Origin: an uncultured Streptococcus sp.
Lineage (GTDB): Bacteria; Bacillota; Bacilli; Lactobacillales; Streptococcaceae
Reading direction: 5' to 3'
DNA: 64,000 bases
NCBI RefSeq assembly: GCF_902463925.1
Contig: NZ_CABQHE010000002.1
Span: 87,484 to 151,483, forward strand
The notes beneath the pieces are model-generated. The model was not told the DNA's origin, searched no databases, and was given only the letters and a program-made list of their open reading frames with translations. This document shows, one piece after another, positions 49,562 to 60,749 of this stretch. The stretch's first letter is position 1. The number at the start of each line of letters is the position of its first letter. The position numbers were made by a program, and so were the translations under genes.

Positions 49562-50215
49562 ATGAAGATACTAATCGTAGAAGATGAAGTCCTGATTCGA
49601 GAAGGGATGAGCGACTATCTCATGGAATGTGGCCATGAGGTCTTTGAAGCAGGTGATGGCCATGAGGCCCTGGACCTCTTTTACAGGGAGATGCCCGATC
49701 TTGTCTTGCTGGATATCCAGCTCCCAATCCTCAATGGTCTGGAAGTCCTCAAGACCATCCGAAAGACTAGCTCGGTCCCTGTTTTGATGCTGACGGCCTT
49801 CCATGACGAGGACTATAAGTTGACAGCCTTTGGAGAGTTGGCAGATGGCTATCTAGAAAAGCCCTTCTCCTTGTCTCTATTGAGAGTCCGTATCGAAGCT
49901 ATTTTTAAAAAGCTCCAACCTTCCCGGGTTTTCACATATGGAGATGTGCGGGTGGATTTTGAGAGTTATACCGCCAGCCTAGCTGGGCAAGCTATTTCCA
50001 TGAACGCCAAGGAATTGGAAATCTTGGAATACCTGCTCCAGCATGAAGGCAAGGCCAGGACCCGATCTCAGATCCTTGATGCCGTCTGGAAGGAGACTGA
50101 GGAGATACCTTTTGACCGGGTGATCGATGTCTATATCAAGGAACTACGAAAAAAACTAGAGCTGGACTGTATCGTTACGGTACGCAATGTCGGCTATAAA
50201 TTGGAGAGACCATGA
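49562..50215 (+). CDS. OmpR-family response regulator (VncR-like)
   Basis: 217 aa. Receiver domain with DxxxD…D (VLLDIQLP), C-terminal winged-helix trans_reg_C. Confidence 0.9.
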   Translation: MKILIVEDEVLIREGMSDYLMECGHEVFEAGDGHEALDLFYREMPDLVLLDIQLPILNGLEVLKTIRKTSSVPVLMLTAFHDEDYKLTAFGELADGYLEKPFSLSLLRVRIEAIFKKLQPSRVFTYGDVRVDFESYTASLAGQAISMNAKELEILEYLLQHEGKARTRSQILDAVWKETEEIPFDRVIDVYIKELRKKLELDCIVTVRNVGYKLERP

Positions 50216-51516
50216 CCAAACGGAGTATCTTTGCAAAGATCTTTCTGATCACCTTTGCCCTATTTAGTGGCTTAGTCATCCTTCTACACGCTTCGGTTTA
50301 CTTTATTTTCCCATCGACCTATATCGAGTCCCAGCGCCAGACGATTTTGAAGAAATCACAGGCCTTGGCTAAGAGCTTCCAAGGCCAGGAAGAAGGGATT
50401 GTTGAGTCGGTCATCGAACTTTATTCCAAGACTAATGATATCAAGATATCTATCAAGGGCAAGGAAAAACAAAATGCCATAGAGGTCAAGGATGACCTAC
50501 TCGTAAACCCTAACAGCCAGAATAATTCCCTGGTCATTGAAGAGCAAAAAATTCAGACTAAAGAAGGACAAGACTTAACCTTGCAATTCTTAGCGACCGT
50601 CGATTCGCAAAAGGAAGCGCGAGATATCAGTCTGGGCTTTCTTCCCTATACACTCCTTGCTTCTTTTGTTCTGTCGTTGATTGCATCCTATCTCTATGCC
50701 CGCATGATTTCTGCTCCAATCCTTGAGATCAAGCGGATGACCAAGCGGATGAAGCGCCTGGATCGGACAGCCAGTCTCCCCATTGACTCGCAGGATGAGA
50801 TCGGCGTCCTCAAGCAACACATCAACGACCTCTATCACCACCTTTTAGAAGTGATAGACAATCTAGAGCAGCAGAAACAGGAAAATCTGAAGTTGGAGCA
50901 GATGAAAGTCGAATTTCTAAGAGGGGCTTCGCATGAACTCAAGACGCCTCTAGCTAGCTTGAAAATTATCCTAGAAAATATGCGAGATAATATTGGTCGC
51001 TACAAGGATCGGGACCGCTACCTATCGGTCTCCCTCGATATCGTCGATGAGATGAACCAGATCGTCCTGGAAATTCTGTCCCTATCTTCTGTCCAAGAAT
51101 TAGGTGGTGAAAAGGAGTGGATCCAGTTAGATGATCTGGTAAATCGCATACTCACTCAAAATCAAGTGTTGGTTGAGACTCGCTCCCTATCAATTGAAAA
51201 TTATCTTCCGATAACTAGTATTTTCATGAATTTAGCTATTTTGAAATTGGTTCTCTCAAATATTATCAGTAATGCCGTCAAGCATTCTGATAAGGGTGGA
51301 GTGGTTCGAATAGCTTTAGAAAATGGAGGAACCGATTTTGTCATTGAAAATACAATTGTATCTAAAGAAAATACTTCAACTAAAGCTCAATCTAAGAAAG
51401 AAGGAGGATTAGGACTTTTTGTGGTCAAATACCTTCTAGAACATGAGGAACTTAGTTATAGATTTGAGGAAAGTCCTACGGGTAGGCGCTTTGTTATGGT
51501 CTTGCCCAAAAAGTAA
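50212..51516 (+). CDS. sensor histidine kinase (VncS-like)
   Basis: 434 aa. Two TM helices. H-box ASHELKTPL. ATP-binding N/G boxes. Overlaps the RR stop (ATGA). Confidence 0.9.
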   Translation: MTKRSIFAKIFLITFALFSGLVILLHASVYFIFPSTYIESQRQTILKKSQALAKSFQGQEEGIVESVIELYSKTNDIKISIKGKEKQNAIEVKDDLLVNPNSQNNSLVIEEQKIQTKEGQDLTLQFLATVDSQKEARDISLGFLPYTLLASFVLSLIASYLYARMISAPILEIKRMTKRMKRLDRTASLPIDSQDEIGVLKQHINDLYHHLLEVIDNLEQQKQENLKLEQMKVEFLRGASHELKTPLASLKIILENMRDNIGRYKDRDRYLSVSLDIVDEMNQIVLEILSLSSVQELGGEKEWIQLDDLVNRILTQNQVLVETRSLSIENYLPITSIFMNLAILKLVLSNIISNAVKHSDKGGVVRIALENGGTDFVIENTIVSKENTSTKAQSKKEGGLGLFVVKYLLEHEELSYRFEESPTGRRFVMVLPKK

Positions 51517-51552
51517 AAAGCGACGGTTAAGGTATTAACTATCGCTTTTTTG
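51517..51552 (+). terminator. rho-independent terminator after the two-component system
   Basis: AAAAGCGA-cggttaaggtattaacta-TCGCTTTTTT. Confidence 0.6.
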
Positions 51553-51665
51553 TATTGTTAAAATAATTAAAGGCTAACCTTACATTTCAACTCTATTGTT
51601 TTTCAACATTACCAAAAATTTAAGGAGTCTGGAGTATAGGTCATTGAAATGTTTTAAACAATAAA

Positions 51666-51679
51666 AGAAAACGATTGCA
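51666..51679 (+). promoter_or_regulatory. candidate catabolite-responsive element (cre) upstream of dexB
   Basis: AGAAAACGATTGCA fits WGNAANCGNWNNCW at every constrained position. Confidence 0.45.
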
Positions 51680-51699
51680 TAAATTCTGGAAAAATGTAA

Positions 51700-53358
<1,659 letters not shown>

Positions 53359-53486
53359 AAAGAATAATGGTTGTCAACTAATTATTGGCGACCATTTTTT
53401 CTATTCTTTCCCCTTACTTAACTCAGGTTAGTCCTAAAGTCTAGAATTATGTTATAATATAGAAAAATAAGAAAAAGGTAAATTTT

Positions 53487-54488
53487 ATGGCAATCTTAGT
53501 TTTAGGTGGGGCTGGTTACATCGGTTCTCACATGGTGGATCGTTTGGTTGAAGCAGGGCAAGAAAAAGTCGTTGTCGTGGATAACTTGGTGACTGGTCAC
53601 CGTGCGGCAGTTCATCCAGATGCTGTATTCTACGAGGGGGATTTGGCGGATCAGGACTTTATGCGTAAGGTCTTTAAGGAAAATCCTGATGTCGATGCGG
53701 TTATTCACTTTGCGGCCTATTCACTTGTGGCTGAGTCTATGGAAAAACCACTTAAATATTTCGACAATAACACTGCTGGTATGGTGAAGTTGCTTGAGGT
53801 AATGAACGAATGTGGTGTCAAATACATTGTTTTCTCATCAACAGCTGCGACTTATGGTATTCCTGAGGAAATTCCAATCCTTGAAACCACACCACAAAAC
53901 CCAATCAATCCTTACGGTGAAAGCAAGCTCATGATGGAAACCATCATGAAGTGGTCAGACCAAGCCTACGGCATCAAGTATGTCCCTCTTCGTTACTTTA
54001 ATGTAGCAGGAGCTAAGCCTGACGGTTCTATCGGTGAGGACCATGGTCCTGAAACCCATCTCTTGCCAATTATTCTCCAAGTGGCTCAAGGTGTGCGTGA
54101 GAAAATCATGATTTTTGGTGACGACTACAATACTCCAGACGGAACTAATGTTCGTGACTACGTGCATCCATTTGACTTGGCAGATGCTCACCTTTTGGCA
54201 GTGGAATATCTCCGCAAAGGCAATGAGTCAACAGCCTTCAACCTAGGCTCTTCAACAGGATTTTCAAATCTGCAAATCCTTGAGGCAGCTCGCAAGGTAA
54301 CAGGTAAGGAAATCCCAGCTGAGAAAGCTGATCGTCGTCCTGGTGACCCAGATACATTGATTGCATCCTCTGAAAAGGCTCGTACGGTACTAGGCTGGAA
54401 ACCACAATTCGACAACATCGAAAAAATCATCGAAAGTGCCTGGGCATGGCATTCAAGCCATCCAAATGGGTATGATGATAGAGATTAA
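53487..54488 (+). CDS. galE: UDP-glucose 4-epimerase
   Basis: 333 aa. GGAGYIGSH Rossmann motif, YxxxK catalytic region, NVAG. Confidence 0.93.
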   Translation: MAILVLGGAGYIGSHMVDRLVEAGQEKVVVVDNLVTGHRAAVHPDAVFYEGDLADQDFMRKVFKENPDVDAVIHFAAYSLVAESMEKPLKYFDNNTAGMVKLLEVMNECGVKYIVFSSTAATYGIPEEIPILETTPQNPINPYGESKLMMETIMKWSDQAYGIKYVPLRYFNVAGAKPDGSIGEDHGPETHLLPIILQVAQGVREKIMIFGDDYNTPDGTNVRDYVHPFDLADAHLLAVEYLRKGNESTAFNLGSSTGFSNLQILEAARKVTGKEIPAEKADRRPGDPDTLIASSEKARTVLGWKPQFDNIEKIIESAWAWHSSHPNGYDDRD

Positions 54489-54621
54489 TCATAAGGAATA
54501 GAAGCTCCATCTGGTCACAAACTACCACTTGGAGTTTTTCTCTACACATCGTAGTGAATCTTTGCATTTTTATCTTATATCTTTTAAGATAATTCTGTTA
54601 CAGATTGAAAAGGAGAACAGG

Positions 54622-55464
54622 ATGGAAACATATACACTTTCAAATGGCGTTGCGATTCCTAAAATCGGTTTTGGGACTTGGCAAATTCCAGAAGGGGAAG
54701 AAGCTTATAACAGCGTTAGTCTCGCACTTAAGGCTGGTTACACACATATTGATACAGCGCAAATCTACGGTAACGAGGTTTCTGTAGGTAAGGCGATTGC
54801 TGATAGTGATGTGGCGCGTGAGGATATTTTCCTAACTACAAAACTTTGGAATGACAAGCACGATTACGAATTGGCTAAAGCCTCTATCGACGAGTCACTT
54901 GAAAGATTAGGTGTGGATTATTTGGATCTTTTGCTCATCCACTGGCCAAATCCTAAGGCTCTTCGTGATAATGATGCTTGGAAGGCTGGCAATGCAGGCG
55001 CTTGGAAGGCAATGGAAGAAGCCTATAAAGATGGTAAGGTGCGTGCTATTGGTGTATCTAACTTTATGCAACATCATCTTGATGCTCTCCTTGAAACGGC
55101 TGAAATTGTGCCACATGTTAACCAAATTCTCTTGGCTCCAGGTTGTGCTCAAGAAGATCTAGTTGCCTATTGTCAAGAGCGTGACATTCTTATTGAAGCT
55201 TACAGCCCACTAGGTACTGGTAGCATTTTTGGAAATGAAGACGTCGAAGCAGTAGCTGAACGTAACGGAAAATCTGTTGCTCAAGTTGCCCTACGTTGGA
55301 GCCTTCAAAAAGGTTTCTTGCCACTACCTAAGTCAGTGACACCAAAAAATATCGAAGCTAACTTGGATATCTTTGACTTTGATTTGTCAGAGGAAGATAT
55401 GGCAGTCTTGGATAAGATTCAAGGCATCAAGACTCAGGATGATCCTGACACAGTTAATTTTTAA
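54622..55464 (+). CDS. aldo/keto reductase (YtbE/YvgN-like)
   Basis: GFGTWQ…IDTAQIYGNE…IHWPNP signature. AAGGAGAACAGG RBS before the ATG at 54622 (the ORF is open from 54529). Confidence 0.85.
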   Translation: METYTLSNGVAIPKIGFGTWQIPEGEEAYNSVSLALKAGYTHIDTAQIYGNEVSVGKAIADSDVAREDIFLTTKLWNDKHDYELAKASIDESLERLGVDYLDLLLIHWPNPKALRDNDAWKAGNAGAWKAMEEAYKDGKVRAIGVSNFMQHHLDALLETAEIVPHVNQILLAPGCAQEDLVAYCQERDILIEAYSPLGTGSIFGNEDVEAVAERNGKSVAQVALRWSLQKGFLPLPKSVTPKNIEANLDIFDFDLSEEDMAVLDKIQGIKTQDDPDTVNF

Positions 55465-55567
55465 TAGGATAGAGGCAACTCGTGAGGGTTGCTTTTTCTA
55501 CTGTGTGTTCCCGAATTTGCTATAATAAAGTTATCCTATCAATCACTATTAGAAGGGAAGTTATGTT

Positions 55568-56254
55568 ATGGAATCGCGAAACCTTCTTCCTCAAAATACG
55601 CGTCTGATGGCTAATTTGTTGAGTTTCTCAGGAGGGGCTTTGGATGTCTTTTGTCATATGTACTACCATAGTTTAGTTGCTACACAGACTGGGAATATCC
55701 TTTTGTTGGTCGCTGACTGGCGAAACAGTAGTATGTACTATAACTTATTGCGTTGCTTTTCAATCTTTTTCTTTTCTTTAGGCTTTCTTTTTGGCATGTG
55801 GTTTAAAGATCAACGTAAGAATGCTTATTGGCGAGTGTATGGTCTGCTTCCACTTTGTGTCATGACAGCCATCCTGCCTTTCCTACCTTCAAATGCCTTG
55901 ATTGAGCTCCCGATTATCGCTTTTTCTGCAGGTATCATGATGAAGACCTTTACTGGTAGTCAGATTGAGAATCATCCTTTCGTGATTTTTATGACCTCAG
56001 GTAATTATCGAAGGATGTTAACAGCCCTCTATTATGCCATTCAGGGAAGCGGTGATCAGAGAGAATATCGTCGTCAGGCTGTCAATTATAGCTTTGTCGT
56101 AGGGAGCTTTGTCGTTGGTGCTATTGTCGCAGCTGTTCTGATGCATTATATCCAGATTTGGTCAATCTGGCTAATCACACTCAGTCTCATTACCATCATG
56201 GTTTACTATTCCTCTGAAGTGAAACGTCTAGGACTCAAGGAGACCAATCTTTAG
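55568..56254 (+). CDS. YoaK/DUF1275 family membrane protein
   Basis: 228 aa, about 6 TM. N-terminal LLSFSGGALDVF motif region characteristic of DUF1275. Confidence 0.65.
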   Translation: MESRNLLPQNTRLMANLLSFSGGALDVFCHMYYHSLVATQTGNILLLVADWRNSSMYYNLLRCFSIFFFSLGFLFGMWFKDQRKNAYWRVYGLLPLCVMTAILPFLPSNALIELPIIAFSAGIMMKTFTGSQIENHPFVIFMTSGNYRRMLTALYYAIQGSGDQREYRRQAVNYSFVVGSFVVGAIVAAVLMHYIQIWSIWLITLSLITIMVYYSSEVKRLGLKETNL

Positions 56255-56345
56255 GCATTTTGTAGCAAATATTTTTGATAACAATTGTCTTGTGTTATAA
56301 TTTTGGTTACATTATTTTCATTTAATCAAAAAAAGGAGACATCAG

Positions 56346-56978
56346 ATGCCTGTAGTAAGCAATGATTTTTCAGATATTGTATATAACCGTCGTTCTATTC
56401 GTAACTTTGATCCATCTGTTAAGATTCCGCGAGAAGAACTGTTGGAAATCCTAGATAAGACAGTTACGGCACCATCATCAGTCAACATGCAACCATGGCG
56501 TTTTGTTGTTGTTGAAAGCGAAGAAGGTAAAGAAAAATTGAAACCTTTTGTCAGCTATAATGGGGTGCAAAATGAAACATCATCAGCCATGGTCCTTATT
56601 TTTGCTGATTTGAAGAGTCAAGAAAGAGCTGAAGAAATCTACGGTAAGGCTGTTGCTCAGGGAAAAATGCCTGAAGAGGTCAAAGAAAAACAATTGTCAA
56701 GCATTGTACCAATGTATGAAAATGCTCCTCGCGAAATGATGAATGAAATTGTCCATATCGATTCCAGCCTTGCTGCTATGCAGTTGATGTTGGTTGCACG
56801 TTCTTATGGCTATGATACCAACGCCATCGGTGGCTATAAAAAAGATGGCCTTGCCAAAGCGTTTGGACTTGATGAAGACCGTCATGTACCTATCTTAATT
56901 ATTGCTCTCGGGAAAGCCAATGAAGAAGGCTTTGAGTCTGTTCGTTTGGACGCCTCTGATGTGACAACTTTTGCATAA
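56346..56978 (+). CDS. nitroreductase family protein (NAD(P)H-dependent, FMN)
   Basis: 210 aa. RRSIRNF…APSSVNMQPWRF hallmark N-terminal motif. Confidence 0.85.
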   Translation: MPVVSNDFSDIVYNRRSIRNFDPSVKIPREELLEILDKTVTAPSSVNMQPWRFVVVESEEGKEKLKPFVSYNGVQNETSSAMVLIFADLKSQERAEEIYGKAVAQGKMPEEVKEKQLSSIVPMYENAPREMMNEIVHIDSSLAAMQLMLVARSYGYDTNAIGGYKKDGLAKAFGLDEDRHVPILIIALGKANEEGFESVRLDASDVTTFA

Positions 56979-57167
56979 TAGATAATCGACCATAGGTCTC
57001 GGAAGTGGAGACTTATGTTTTTTTTGTATTAAGAGATAGCTAAGTGTTTTTAGCAATATTGGGAAGTTGCTGTAATCTAGGATTAAGGTAAGGCCTCTCT
57101 CTTTGTGCTATAATGAAGAAAAACGTTGAATTTAAAGTTTACTTTTGCCTTTTACTAGGAGTCTTTT

Positions 57168-58460
57168 ATGACAAACTATTTGGTTCAGAGGTTTCTCTGG
57201 TTTCGTGAGCGAGGCTTTGTCCAGATTACTCAGAAGACCTTGGTTTCGCTCTTTCCCTTCTTTCTGTTTTCAGGAATTATTCGGGTGATTTCACTATCTG
57301 TTTTTTCAGAGCTTGGTTATATTAACCAGCTGTTTTCAGTTTCAGACTGGTTACCAGCCTTTAAGATAACTGGTCAGGTGCTCAACAATCTTTCCAGTTT
57401 TCTTGGTGGTTTAGCGGGTCCCTTGTCAACCTACTTTGCAGGAAAATACACGGCTGGTCACTACGGTAGAAGTACTGGAACGGCTGGAGTCACGTCTCTT
57501 TTGGTTAGCCTGATTATAGGTTCGCAGGAACTGTTGCTGTCACCGCTAAACGATGGCGTCCAGACACGTATCAATTTACCAGCTTCGATTAATATTATGC
57601 TGGCTATCTTCGTGGGTTATCTGGTTGGCCAGATTTTTCGCTTTTCAAGAGCTAGTGATGATCAGATTGTGGACAAGGACTATATTTATCAACCTAAGAC
57701 CGTTCGTCCCATTTTTTTATCACTCATTTTAGCCATTAGCCTTAACATTCTCTTTGTGATTGGAGAGCAGGCTAATGTTTTTCAGACGATTAGGCAGTTC
57801 ACCTCTACCTTTACTGTAACTGATAACCATCTATTCTCAACCTTTATGATGGGACTTTTGAACACTTTCTTTGCTTGGGTTGGAAATAGTCAGGCTTTTG
57901 CCCTAAATTCTATTGCCGAGGATAGTTTTGCCTTGGAGAATTTGACCTATGCCGTCTCCCACCATACGACGACTGGACTTCCTCACCTTTATACGCTAAC
58001 AAATCTTTATCATAGTTACGGCTTGGTTGCTGGTATTGGATCAGGTCTGGCTCTCTTGGTAGCTCTACTCTTAAAATCAACCAGCTTTAAGGATAAGAAG
58101 GTTAGTCTTCTTAGTGTTTTCCCTAGTCTCTTTAATAATGGGACTCCCTTGATGGTAGGGATACCGGTCTTACTAAATCTGGTTTATCTAATTCCTTTTC
58201 TTCTAGCACCTATGGTCAATATGGGAATAGCAACGGTGGCTTTGGCTACTCGCCTCATGCCTGCGGCGGTTTACCCTGTACCAGATGGTACGCCGAGCCT
58301 TTTTTACGCCTTTATTGGAACGGGTGGTAGCCTGAGGGCACTTGCTGTTAGCCTGCTCTGTTTTGCGGTTGATGTTGCAATCTTTATTCCCTTTGTTCAT
58401 CTGTCTAATAAGGTGCAACACGGTTTGAAAGAGGAAGGAGAAAGCAATGAAGTTCAGTAA
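57168..58460 (+). CDS. orphan PTS EIIC-like membrane protein (lactose/cellobiose family), possibly degenerate
   Basis: 430 aa, multi-TM. C-terminal DGTPSLFYAFIGTGGSLRALAVSLL resembles the conserved (V)GTPWTTP…ATGGDWRA region of Lac/Cel EIIC. No IIA/IIB neighbours. Confidence 0.55.
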   Translation: MTNYLVQRFLWFRERGFVQITQKTLVSLFPFFLFSGIIRVISLSVFSELGYINQLFSVSDWLPAFKITGQVLNNLSSFLGGLAGPLSTYFAGKYTAGHYGRSTGTAGVTSLLVSLIIGSQELLLSPLNDGVQTRINLPASINIMLAIFVGYLVGQIFRFSRASDDQIVDKDYIYQPKTVRPIFLSLILAISLNILFVIGEQANVFQTIRQFTSTFTVTDNHLFSTFMMGLLNTFFAWVGNSQAFALNSIAEDSFALENLTYAVSHHTTTGLPHLYTLTNLYHSYGLVAGIGSGLALLVALLLKSTSFKDKKVSLLSVFPSLFNNGTPLMVGIPVLLNLVYLIPFLLAPMVNMGIATVALATRLMPAAVYPVPDGTPSLFYAFIGTGGSLRALAVSLLCFAVDVAIFIPFVHLSNKVQHGLKEEGESNEVQ

Positions 58461-59310
58461 AAAAACGAAGTTGGCCTTTATCCTTGTGGCGGTCTTTCTC
58501 ATTGGTTTGGCTGTTCCGTCTTATAGTTGGACTAGGAAAAATGTCAAGGAAATCGAGACTTTCTATAATTCAAAATTGTCCCCTATTATCATGATTCCAG
58601 GGAGTTCCGCTACAGAAAATCGCTTTGATGGCTTGGTACGTAAGCTCAATCAAGATCGTCCTGGAGCTAAGCATAGCCTCCTAAAGGTCAAGGTTTGGAA
58701 CAATGGTCGTATCACCTTTGAAGGAAAAATCAAGAAAAATGACAATGAACCTATTATTGTTATCGGATTTGAAAATAACAACGACGGCTACAGCAATATC
58801 AAAAAACAAGCCAAGATGATGAATCAGGCCTTTGAAACCTTGCAGAATAAATACAATTTCAATAATTTCAAAGGTCTGGCCCATTCCAATGGTGGTTTGA
58901 TTTATACAGACTTTATTGAAAATTATCTGAGTGATTATGATGTTAAGATAAACTCACTCATGACTATCGGGACGCCCTATAATTTCACTGAAACCAATAT
59001 CAAAAATAAATCGGTCATGCTTGCGGATTTCATAGCTGGTAAGAAGAATATTCCGTCCACCCTACATGTCTATTCAGTAGCAGGGACTATCACTTATGAT
59101 TCGGATGAGTTGGTGCCTGATGCTAGTGTGTCAGCTGGAAAATATATCTATCAGAACCAAGCAAAAAGCTATACTGAAATTACGGTTACAGGTGAAGATG
59201 CTCAACATTCAGATTTACCAACAAATGATGAAGTAGTGGAACTGGTCAAACAACATATTGAGGGGCAGGGTGTCCGTAAGAAACAAAAGACCAAACTAGA
59301 GCCTCAGTAA
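58447..59310 (+). CDS. alpha/beta hydrolase, DUF915-like (membrane-anchored)
   Basis: 287 aa. N-terminal TM. GLAHSNGG nucleophile elbow (GxSxG). Strong AGGAAGGAG RBS. 14-nt overlap with the upstream gene. Confidence 0.72.
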   Translation: MKFSKKTKLAFILVAVFLIGLAVPSYSWTRKNVKEIETFYNSKLSPIIMIPGSSATENRFDGLVRKLNQDRPGAKHSLLKVKVWNNGRITFEGKIKKNDNEPIIVIGFENNNDGYSNIKKQAKMMNQAFETLQNKYNFNNFKGLAHSNGGLIYTDFIENYLSDYDVKINSLMTIGTPYNFTETNIKNKSVMLADFIAGKKNIPSTLHVYSVAGTITYDSDELVPDASVSAGKYIYQNQAKSYTEITVTGEDAQHSDLPTNDEVVELVKQHIEGQGVRKKQKTKLEPQ

Positions 59311-59494
59311 GTGAGAATAATATAGCTTATCAGTTCTAGTTGTTTATCATCAAACATAATCAGATAGAGGCTATAATGGTCCTATCTTTTTTAGTGATAA
59401 GATTGACTCCTCAAGCTGTTGTAACTTCTTGTTTTACAACTTGTTTTTTGTTATAATCAAGTAAAATAGCAAAGAAGAATGAGAGGTCCCAAAT

Positions 59495-59944
59495 ATGCAA
59501 ATTCCAAGTCGCTTTACCATTGCCGTTCATATTTTGACTCTTATAGCACAAAATAAGGGAAATGAAACTAAGTTAACCAGTGACTTTATGGCTGGTAGTG
59601 TGGGAGTTAACCCTGTTATTATCCGCAAAACCTTGTCTCAACTAAAGAAAGCAGACTTGATTTTTGTTCAAAGGGGAAGCGGAGGAGCCACGTTAGCCAA
59701 GACGCCAGAGGAGATTAACCTTTTGCAGGTTTATCGTGCGGTGGATTGCATCGGTCCAAGTGGCCAACTCTTTAGTTTTCATGACAATCCTAATCCAGCT
59801 TGTCCAGTAGGACGAAATATTCATGGGATCTTGGACCAAAGCCTAGAAGACGTTCAAATGGCAATGGAAAAAGAGCTTGAAAAGAAAACTTTGGCTGGTA
59901 TTTTAAAGGATGCTAAGGGCAACTGGAAAGAAACTGGAGCTTGA
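59495..59944 (+). CDS. Rrf2 family transcriptional regulator (no obvious Fe-S cysteine triad)
   Basis: 149 aa. Rrf2 HTH (SDFMAGSVGVNPVIIRKTLSQLKKADLI). Confidence 0.82.
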   Translation: MQIPSRFTIAVHILTLIAQNKGNETKLTSDFMAGSVGVNPVIIRKTLSQLKKADLIFVQRGSGGATLAKTPEEINLLQVYRAVDCIGPSGQLFSFHDNPNPACPVGRNIHGILDQSLEDVQMAMEKELEKKTLAGILKDAKGNWKETGA

Positions 59945-60080
59945 TTTTTAGACCTCAGTCTATAAGAAATCGAAAGCCATTCGGTTTCTTTTTTTATTTG
60001 CGAGTTGTAATAATTGACATTACAATAAAACTAAGTGTAATATTGCCATATAAAAAATTACAACACAGGAGAAAAATCAG

Positions 60081-60330
60081 ATGACATACGATTACAATAG
60101 TAAGATTTGTTTAGCGGAGGCAGTGCTAAATGTTAAGGATTTGGCTCGTCAGACGGCCTTTTATACACAGATTATAGGTCTTGAAATCCTCTCCCAAATG
60201 GAAAAAGAGGCTATCTTGGGAGCTGGAAACTCCGTGCTCAAGCACCATTTGGTCAAATTGTAGCACCAGCAGGAGACAAAGACTTACAAACAGAAGGTCG
60301 TTTCAAAGTTTTTGGTGACAAGTAATTACT
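60081..60330 (+). pseudogene. VOC/glyoxalase-family protein, N-terminal fragment
   Basis: AVLNVKDLARQTAFYTQIIGLEIL is a typical VOC beta-alpha-beta-beta-beta start. The ORF stops after 60 aa, and glyoxalase-like sequence continues out of frame. Confidence 0.5.
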
Positions 60331-60749
60331 TTAACTCGGGCAGTCAGTTTGACGATTGGCTGTACTATGACTAAACATTATCAAAATGATAAGACAAAAA
60401 AGTAGCAGGATTGAGAAATCTTGTTATTTTTTCTATCCTAAGACCAGTTACTAGATAAATTATAAATGAAAGCTAGAATTTGAAATTTGAAACCCTTTTC
60501 AGTTTCATAGTGTTTTCTAATTTAAATGATCCCAATTTACTAAAACCGCAGAATAATGGACAACTAAAGCAAAGTTTTGTGCAGTCGGTTTTTGATAGAT
60601 ATAGCCACATGTTAGAAAATACTTGTTACGAAATCTTAATCTTGAATATGCTTTTTATTAATAGAGGTATAAAAACACAGAAATAGCTCTATTTTTGTCC
60701 TGTAGTATGGTATAATAGTGCGGTATTTCTCAGAAAATGGAGTATAAAA

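Noticed and set aside
60480-60686. 68-aa ORF upstream of the amino-acid permease
   Set aside because: It lies in the promoter region of the permease next to a VOC pseudogene, with no RBS and no family resemblance. It is probably non-coding.
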